NCBI RefSeq assembly: GCF_003324675.1
Contig: NZ_CP030918.1
Location: forward strand, 750,001-782,000
Direction: 5' to 3'
Length of the DNA stretch: 32,000 nucleotides
From: Paracoccus suum
GTDB taxonomy: Bacteria > Pseudomonadota > Alphaproteobacteria > Rhodobacterales > Rhodobacteraceae
A model generated the notes under the pieces. That model made no database searches. It was not told where the DNA came from and worked only from the letters and a program-made list of their open reading frames with translations. Shown here piece after piece: positions 26,747-32,000 of this stretch. The position numbers and the translations under genes are program-made. Within the stretch, counting starts at the first letter, position 1; every line of letters starts with the position of its first letter.

Positions 26747-27627
26747 TGCCCGGACGATGCGGCCAGAGCCGCAGCACGGGCGATGCGGGCGGCGGCGATG
26801 CGGCGGCGGCGGGCGTTCTCGACATTGATCAGCGCGCCGAGCAGCACCGAAAAGCCGGCCAGATAGAACCACATCAGCAGCGCGACCACCGCACCGATCG
26901 AGCCATAGATGCGGTTGTAGCTGTTGAAGCTGGTAAGATAGGCGGAAAATCCGATCGAGGCGACCGCCCAAGCCAGTGCCGCGAACAGCGAGCCTTGGGT
27001 AAAGATCGGCGTGCGTGGCGCCTTCACGTTGGGGCCATAGCGGTAAAGGATGCCGATGCCAATCATGACGATCAGGAACATCGCCCCCCAAGGCAGCGCC
27101 GTGATGAGCCAGGTGCGCAACGGCCCGAAGGTCAGGAAATTGATCAGCAGCGGTACGATGACGATGGTCGCGAGGCCCATTAGCACCACGCCGACAATCG
27201 CCAGCGTCAGCGCATAGGCCAGCACGAAGCCCATGATGGTCGAGTGCGAGCGCACCCCATGGGCGGCGTTCAGCCCCCGGATCAGGGCATCGACCCCGGC
27301 GCGCGCGGCAAATGTGGCGATAAGGATCGAGACCACCGAGGCCCAGCCCAACTGCGTGCGGCCACCCGACATCAGCGCCGCGACCTGGGCATGCAGCAGG
27401 TCCGCGGCCTGGCGGGGGATAAACTCGTCCGCGATGGTGACGTAGGTCATGATGACATTGGGATCGAACCACAGGCTCCACAGCGCGATGATCGCTGCCA
27501 GGCCGGGAAAGACGGCAAACATGGCGTAAAAGGCCACACCGGCCGAGATCAGACCCATGTGGATCTTGTCCATCCGCTCCATCAGGGCGGACAGGAATTG
27601 CCAGGAATCCCGCAGTTGCGTCAGCAT
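26743..27627 (-). CDS. YihY/BrkB-family integral membrane protein (formerly annotated as 'ribonuclease BN-like')
   Basis: About 294 aa from MLTQLRDSWQFL (ATG 27627). It has six hydrophobic helices. GLISAGVAFYAMFAVFPGLAA and SIGAVVALLMWFYLAGFSVLLGA match the family pattern. Confidence 0.8.
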   Translation of the reverse strand: MLTQLRDSWQFLSALMERMDKIHMGLISAGVAFYAMFAVFPGLAAIIALWSLWFDPNVIMTYVTIADEFIPRQAADLLHAQVAALMSGGRTQLGWASVVSILIATFAARAGVDALIRGLNAAHGVRSHSTIMGFVLAYALTLAIVGVVLMGLATIVIVPLLINFLTFGPLRTWLITALPWGAMFLIVMIGIGILYRYGPNVKAPRTPIFTQGSLFAALAWAVASIGFSAYLTSFNSYNRIYGSIGAVVALLMWFYLAGFSVLLGALINVENARRRRIAAARIARAAALAASSGQ

Positions 27628-27732
27628 GGTGCCCCGCTCGGCCAAGGCATGATCAGGGGCACGTTCGCCCCTTTCGCCGCCCCGCACAACTCGCGGGCGG
27701 CCGGATGGAGGCGGCGACGTTGCGCCGCGGCC

Positions 27733-28434
27733 TCATGCGCTGGCTAGCCACAGCGCGCCGGGCCCCATGCGAGCCACAAGGGCGGCATGGGCCGCGGCCT
27801 CGGCTTCGCTCAAGCGGGACGGCAGGGGCACAGGGCGGGGCCTGCGGGCGACGAGGGCGCGAACCGTGTCGTCGGCCGGGCCGGTGGCGATCGTTTCACT
27901 GGCGAAGGTGATGGTGGTCTGCCGGCCGCCGACCAGTTCCAGATAGACTTCGGCCAACAGCTGACTATCGAGCAAGGCGCCGTGAAGTTCGCGACCGGAA
28001 TTGTCGATTCCGAAGCGCTGGCAGAGCGAGTCGAGCGAGGCCGACGCACCGCCCGGCAGTTTGTCGCGTGCCAGCGCCAGCGTGTCCACCGCGCGGCTGT
28101 GCGGCAGTTCAGGGTGGCCGCAGTTTTTCAATTCGGCATTCAGGAAACGCATGTCAAAGCTGGCATTGTGGATCACCAGCGGGGCGTCGCCAATGAAGGC
28201 AAGAAACTCGGCCGCAATCTGGTTGAAAACCGGCTTGCCGCGCAGGAATTCATCGCCGAGGCCGTGGACGGCGAAGGCATCGGCCGGCATCGGCCGCTGC
28301 GGGTCGATATACTGGTGATAGGTTCTGCCGGTGGGCAGGTAATTCACGATCTCGACCGCGCCGATCTCGACAATGCGGTCCCCGGTCGCGGGATCGAGGC
28401 CGGTGGTTTCCGTATCGAGAACGATCTCACGCAT
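27733..28434 (-). CDS. dnaQ: DNA polymerase III epsilon (3'-5' proofreading exonuclease) subunit
   Basis: 233 aa. ExoI is MREIVLDTETTGL, ExoII is LVIHNASFDMRFL and ExoIII is HGALLDSQLLAEVY. It overlaps the coaE stop by 8 nt. Confidence 0.93.
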   Translation of the reverse strand: MREIVLDTETTGLDPATGDRIVEIGAVEIVNYLPTGRTYHQYIDPQRPMPADAFAVHGLGDEFLRGKPVFNQIAAEFLAFIGDAPLVIHNASFDMRFLNAELKNCGHPELPHSRAVDTLALARDKLPGGASASLDSLCQRFGIDNSGRELHGALLDSQLLAEVYLELVGGRQTTITFASETIATGPADDTVRALVARRPRPVPLPSRLSEAEAAAHAALVARMGPGALWLASA

Positions 28435-29026
28435 CTTTGGCCTTCAGGATTTCTGCAATGATGGCGTCGACAGCGGCGGCCGCGGCCTCGCGCGTGTCGG
28501 TCGGGATGACCCAGCGGGCGCGGGACCGTTTGTCGGCGTCGGGCATTTGCCGGGCGAGAATAAGGTCCAGCGCGGCCTCGGTCATCCCCGGCCGTGCCAG
28601 AACGCGCGCACGTTGGATCGCAGGATCAGTCGAGACAACCGCCACGCCGTCCAACATGGCCTGCGCGCCCGTCTCGAACAACAGCGGGATGTCAAGGACG
28701 ATGAGCGGCAGGTTTGCTGCCTCGGCTGCAGCGATAAAGGCCGCGCGATCCGCAGAGACGAGAGGGTGAACGATTGCCTCGAGGCTGGAAAGCTGGCCGG
28801 GGTCGCGCGCCAGCGCCACCTTGAGCGCAGTGCGGTCAATACCGCCGTCGCGCAAGGCCAAGGGGAAAGCATTAGCCACGGGCACGACAGCCGCGCCACC
28901 GACGGCATAGAGATCATGGACTGCCTGGTCGGCATCCCAGACCGGATATCCACGGGCGGCGAACAACGCGGCCGTTGCTGATTTGCCCATTCCGATCGAG
29001 CCGGTCAGCCCCAGGCGAAAGGTCAC
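28427..29026 (-). CDS. coaE: Dephospho-CoA kinase
   Basis: 199 aa with the P-loop GLTGSIGMGKS. GTG 29026 forms a GTGA overlap with the aroE stop. Confidence 0.9.
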   Translation of the reverse strand: MTFRLGLTGSIGMGKSATAALFAARGYPVWDADQAVHDLYAVGGAAVVPVANAFPLALRDGGIDRTALKVALARDPGQLSSLEAIVHPLVSADRAAFIAAAEAANLPLIVLDIPLLFETGAQAMLDGVAVVSTDPAIQRARVLARPGMTEAALDLILARQMPDADKRSRARWVIPTDTREAAAAAVDAIIAEILKAKDA

Positions 29027-29919
29027 GCAAGCACCGCGGCGCGGGCGGCCGCGTCAACCTCGGGGCGGGGGCCGAACCAGCGTTCGAACCCCGGGGCGGC
29101 CTGATGCAGCAGCATGCCAAGGCCGTCGACAATGCGCGCGCCTCGGGCCTCGGCCTCGGCCAGGAAGGTGGTGCGCAGCGGGGTGTAAACAAGGTCGGTC
29201 ACCAGTGTCCCGGCGGCCAGCGCATCGAGCGGCAGGCGAAGCGGCGGGCGGCCGTCCATCCCGAGCGAGGTGGCGTTGATCACCGTGCGGGCACCATCGA
29301 GCATGTTGCCGAAATGGGCCCAGTCATAGACAACAATCTTGGCACCGAACTCGGCCTTGATCTGCTCGGCCCGGATGCGGGTGCGGTTGGCAATGCGCAG
29401 CTCTGGCACGCCGGCCTCTAGCAGCGAGGCGACCACGGCGCGCGCCGCGCCGCCTGCGCCGATGACGGCGGCGGGGCCACGCTCAGCGGCCCAGTCCGGT
29501 GCGTACTGCTTGAGGTTCGAGATGAAGCCATAGCCGTCGGTATTGTCGGCATGGATGCGCCCGTCGGGGCGAAAAATCAGCGTGTTGGCGGCACCCATCA
29601 GCGCCGCGCGGTCGGTCACGACATCGGCCAGCGCCAGCACGGCCTCTTTATGGGGGATGGTAACATTCGCCCCGACAAAACCCGCCTGGGTCAGGCTACG
29701 CAGAACGGCAGCCAGATGCTCTGGCCGGACCGGCAGGGGGACGTAATGGCCGTTGATGCCATACCGGTCGAGCCAGTGCCTGTGCAGCCGCGGCGAGCGC
29801 GAATGCGCGACAGGCCAGCCGATCACGCCCGCCAGTGGAATGTCGGCGTGGGGGACGATGCCGGCAACCTCGGCCGAAGACGGGGCGGCGGGCACAACGG
29901 GATCGGTCGGGTCCAGCAT
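29023..29919 (-). CDS. aroE: Shikimate dehydrogenase
   Basis: GVIGWPVAHSRSPRLHRHW, GANVTIPHKE, NTDGYGF and the NADP site IGAGGAARAV are present. ATG 29919 gives 298 aa. The ORF-track start at 30084 adds 55 non-conserved-looking residues. The start is uncertain. Confidence 0.85.
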   Translation of the reverse strand: MLDPTDPVVPAAPSSAEVAGIVPHADIPLAGVIGWPVAHSRSPRLHRHWLDRYGINGHYVPLPVRPEHLAAVLRSLTQAGFVGANVTIPHKEAVLALADVVTDRAALMGAANTLIFRPDGRIHADNTDGYGFISNLKQYAPDWAAERGPAAVIGAGGAARAVVASLLEAGVPELRIANRTRIRAEQIKAEFGAKIVVYDWAHFGNMLDGARTVINATSLGMDGRPPLRLPLDALAAGTLVTDLVYTPLRTTFLAEAEARGARIVDGLGMLLHQAAPGFERWFGPRPEVDAAARAAVLA

Positions 29920-30305
29920 GGCTCCGTGATATCGGCCCGCGGGCGGCCTGAACAGTCCCCCGATCCCTGTGGGTAAGCTGCGGTGTGGCATGGGTATCAA
30001 CTGGGGGCGACTCGTCAGGTTTGCGGGGTGTGGGCAACAGGCGAGAACGGGCGGGGAACGGGTGAAAACTGACCACAGGGGCACAGCTTGTCTGACTTTG
30101 TGCCCAGACTGGGGATCGTTTGGCCGACGTCCGATATATCCCTTTATCTACAAGGTATTGTTACCATCCGGATGCCTATCTGACCAGTGCCTGCTGTGGG
30201 CAAGTTCGGGAGACAAACCTTGTCCCGTCGTCCCCAACCCCTTCTACCTCATCATCCTTTAAGCCTTCTTTCTTAAGTTCTAAGAAGACTCGGGAAGGAG
30301 GCGTC

Positions 30306-30761
30306 ATGCGCGATGGACTGCTGATCATTTATCCATGGATCAAGGCGCTGCACGTGATGGCCGTCATCTCGTGGATGGCTGGGCTTTTCTATCTACCGCG
30401 TCTGTTCGTCTATCACGCGGAGCGTGGTGGCATCGGTCAAGGGACGGCAGAGCCGGGGCGATCGTTTGCCGTGATGGAGGACAAGCTTCTGCGGGTCATC
30501 ATGAACCCTGCGATGATCGTCACCTGGCTCGCGGGGCTGACGCTGGTTGCAACGCCGGGTGTAGTTGATTGGGGCAGCACTTGGCCTTGGACCAAGGCCG
30601 CCGGCGTCATCGGCATGACCGCATTTCACATGTGGTGCGCGGGGGAGCGGCGGCGCATTGCAGCCGGACAGATCGCGCCGGGACGCCGTTACCGTATGAT
30701 GAACGAGGTCCCCACCCTGCTGATGATCGTGATCGTCTTGTCGGTGATCGTTCGTTTCTGA
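30306..30761 (+). CDS. hemJ: Protoporphyrinogen oxidase HemJ (UPF0093/CopD-like membrane protein)
   Basis: 151 aa. WIKALHVMAVISWMAGLFYLPRLFVYHAE is the family signature. ATG 30306 has a strong GGAGG SD. The ORF-track start at 30120 is a non-coding extension. Confidence 0.8.
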   Translation: MRDGLLIIYPWIKALHVMAVISWMAGLFYLPRLFVYHAERGGIGQGTAEPGRSFAVMEDKLLRVIMNPAMIVTWLAGLTLVATPGVVDWGSTWPWTKAAGVIGMTAFHMWCAGERRRIAAGQIAPGRRYRMMNEVPTLLMIVIVLSVIVRF

Positions 30762-30779
30762 CCGCGATAGCCCCCACAA

Positions 30780-30808
30780 TTGACGCGCCCGGCCATTGAC
30801 TGTATGAA
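30780..30808 (+). promoter_or_regulatory. Candidate sigma-70 promoter for rho
   Basis: TTGACG (30780-30785), a 17-nt spacer, then TATGAA (30803-30808). It lies about 100 nt upstream of the rho ATG. Confidence 0.3.
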
Positions 30809-30911
30809 CGCGCGACCCCGGCCATCCGGCCATCAGGGCCTTCCCATTCACATACCCGTTCCGCCCTCTGCCCTGGCAGGGATCGCGGCGGTGGACTGCC
30901 GGTGATTTTCC

Positions 30912-32000
30912 ATGAGCGACGAGCGTCTTAACCTATCCGATCTGAAGGCAAAGAGCCCGGCTGAGCTGCTGGCGCTGGCCGAAGAGTGGGAAATCGAGAA
31001 CGCGTCGACCATGCGCAAGGGCGAGATGATGTTCTCGCTGCTCAAGGAGCATGCCGAGGATGGCGTCATCATTGGCGGCGACGGCGTGCTGGAAGTGGTG
31101 CAGGACGGCTTCGGTTTCCTGCGCTCGACCGAAGCGAACTATCTGCCTGGTCCTGACGACATCTACGTCAGCCCCGACATGATCCGGCAATACTCACTGC
31201 GCACTGGCGATACGGTCAGCGGCGTCATCCGCGCGCCAGGCGAGAACGAGCGCTATTTCGCCCTGACGACTGTTGAGACGATCAACTTCGAGGATCCCGA
31301 GAAGGCCCGCCACAAGGTTGCCTTTGATAACCTGACGCCGCTTTACCCCGACGAGCGACTGAAGATGGAAATTGACGATCCGACCATCAAGGACCGCAGC
31401 GCCCGGATGATCGACCTGATCGTTCCGATCGGCAAGGGCCAGCGCGCGCTGATCATTGCACCGCCGCGGGTCGGCAAGACAGTCCTGATGCAGAACATCG
31501 CCGCCTCGATCGCCAAGAACCACCCGGAATGTTACCTGATCGTGCTGCTGATTGACGAGCGGCCCGAGGAAGTCACCGACATGCAGCGCAGCGTGAAGGG
31601 CGAGGTCATCAGTTCGACCTTTGACGAGCCGGCGACGCGTCACGTCGCGGTCAGCGAAATGGTGATCGAAAAGGCCAAGCGTCTGGTCGAGCACAAGCGC
31701 GATGTCGTGATCCTGCTCGATTCGATCACGCGTCTGGGCCGGGCCTTCAACACGGTCGTCCCGTCCTCGGGCAAGGTGCTGACCGGCGGTGTGGATGCCA
31801 ATGCGCTGCAACGCCCCAAGCGGTTCTTCGGTGCGGCGCGCAATATCGAGGAGGGCGGCTCGCTGACGATCATTGCCACCGGCCTGATCGATACGGGCTC
31901 GCGCATGGACGAAGTGATCTTTGAAGAATTCAAGGGCACGGGCAACAGCGAGATCGTGCTGGACCGAAAGGTCGCCGACAAGCGCGTGTTCCCGGCACTC
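30912..32000 (+). CDS. rho: Transcription termination factor Rho (N-terminal 363 codons; 3' end outside window)
   Basis: It is absent from the supplied ORF track because no stop is reached. My translation from ATG 30912 reads [47 protein letters not shown]...GFGFLRS...[15 protein letters not shown]... It also has Walker [31 protein letters not shown] and [13 protein letters not shown]. Confidence 0.95.
   Translation, partial: MSDERLNLSDLKAKSPAELLALAEEWEIENASTMRKGEMMFSLLKEHAEDGVIIGGDGVLEVVQDGFGFLRSTEANYLPGPDDIYVSPDMIRQYSLRTGDTVSGVIRAPGENERYFALTTVETINFEDPEKARHKVAFDNLTPLYPDERLKMEIDDPTIKDRSARMIDLIVPIGKGQRALIIAPPRVGKTVLMQNIAASIAKNHPECYLIVLLIDERPEEVTDMQRSVKGEVISSTFDEPATRHVAVSEMVIEKAKRLVEHKRDVVILLDSITRLGRAFNTVVPSSGKVLTGGVDANALQRPKRFFGAARNIEEGGSLTIIATGLIDTGSRMDEVIFEEFKGTGNSEIVLDRKVADKRVFPAL

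Noticed and set aside
26747-27481. The upstream 245 codons of the 499-aa minus-strand ORF (25982-27481)
   Set aside because: Only the last 254 codons, from ATG 26746, are FdhD. The upstream part overlaps the YihY/BrkB gene out of frame and translates to Arg/Pro/Gly-rich sequence.
27655-27701. Two GC-rich hairpins downstream of dnaQ (AGGGGC/GCCCCT and GCCGCCCCGC/GCGGGCGGC)
   Set aside because: The stems are real, but neither is followed by a U-run on the minus strand. Their function as terminator, RNA stabiliser or nothing cannot be decided from sequence.
29969-30262. A 97-aa plus-strand ORF and the 5' extensions of the aroE (to 30084) and hemJ (from 30120) ORFs in the spacer
   Set aside because: None has an SD. 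The sequences are Cys/Gly/Pro-rich and implausible, and codon bias is atypical. Better-supported starts exist at 29919 (aroE) and 30306 (hemJ).
1-32000. Search for CRISPR arrays, IS/transposase or integrase genes, phage genes, toxin-antitoxin pairs, defence islands, rRNA, and tRNAs other than selC
   Set aside because: I saw no regularly spaced repeats, terminal inverted repeats, recombinase-like ORFs or compositional islands. The only low-GC patch is the 29920-30305 spacer. The gene content is housekeeping throughout.

Overview
This is a high-GC (roughly two-thirds G+C by eye), densely packed segment that looks like alphaproteobacterial core chromosome. The protein sequences resemble Rhodobacterales, but that is inference only. 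I recognise about 30 genes in six blocks. (1) A smr fragment, a small PLDc_N-type membrane protein, hslVU and trxA. (2) A translationally coupled minus-strand chain: tsaE fused to an AmgK-like kinase, a MurU-like nucleotidyltransferase, addB and addA. (3) A complete alphaproteobacterial general stress response module: phyR divergent from nepR-ecfG-histidine kinase. (4) A self-contained selenium/formate-dehydrogenase supercluster. It holds selD, an orphan secreted Ala/Pro-rich ORF, then on the minus strand yihY-fdhD, fdnGHI, fdhE, selA, selB and tRNA-Sec. (5) dnaQ-coaE-aroE. (6) hemJ and rho. The supplied ORF track misses rho because it runs off the 3' edge. It also splits fdnG at its in-frame UGA selenocysteine codon. 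I found no CRISPR array, IS element, integrase, phage gene or recognisable defence island, and no convincing evidence for a wholly new multi-gene system. The most unusual observation is that the selB reading frame only terminates 48 nt inside the tRNA-Sec gene. Others are a mirror-symmetric GGAAC-N17-AACG-N17-GTTCC arrangement in the 89-bp phyR/nepR spacer and a second EcfG-type promoter in front of the small membrane protein gene. There are also direct repeats plus a palindrome upstream of fdnG, and an atypically long, low-GC, pyrimidine-rich spacer upstream of hemJ whose hairpin can partly cover the hemJ Shine-Dalgarno. The rho leader has a C-rich, G-poor rut-like tract. All start codons, motifs and base counts were read by hand. 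Several ORF-track starts are GTG or TTG shown as M, and I shortened them where a better start and SD exist.
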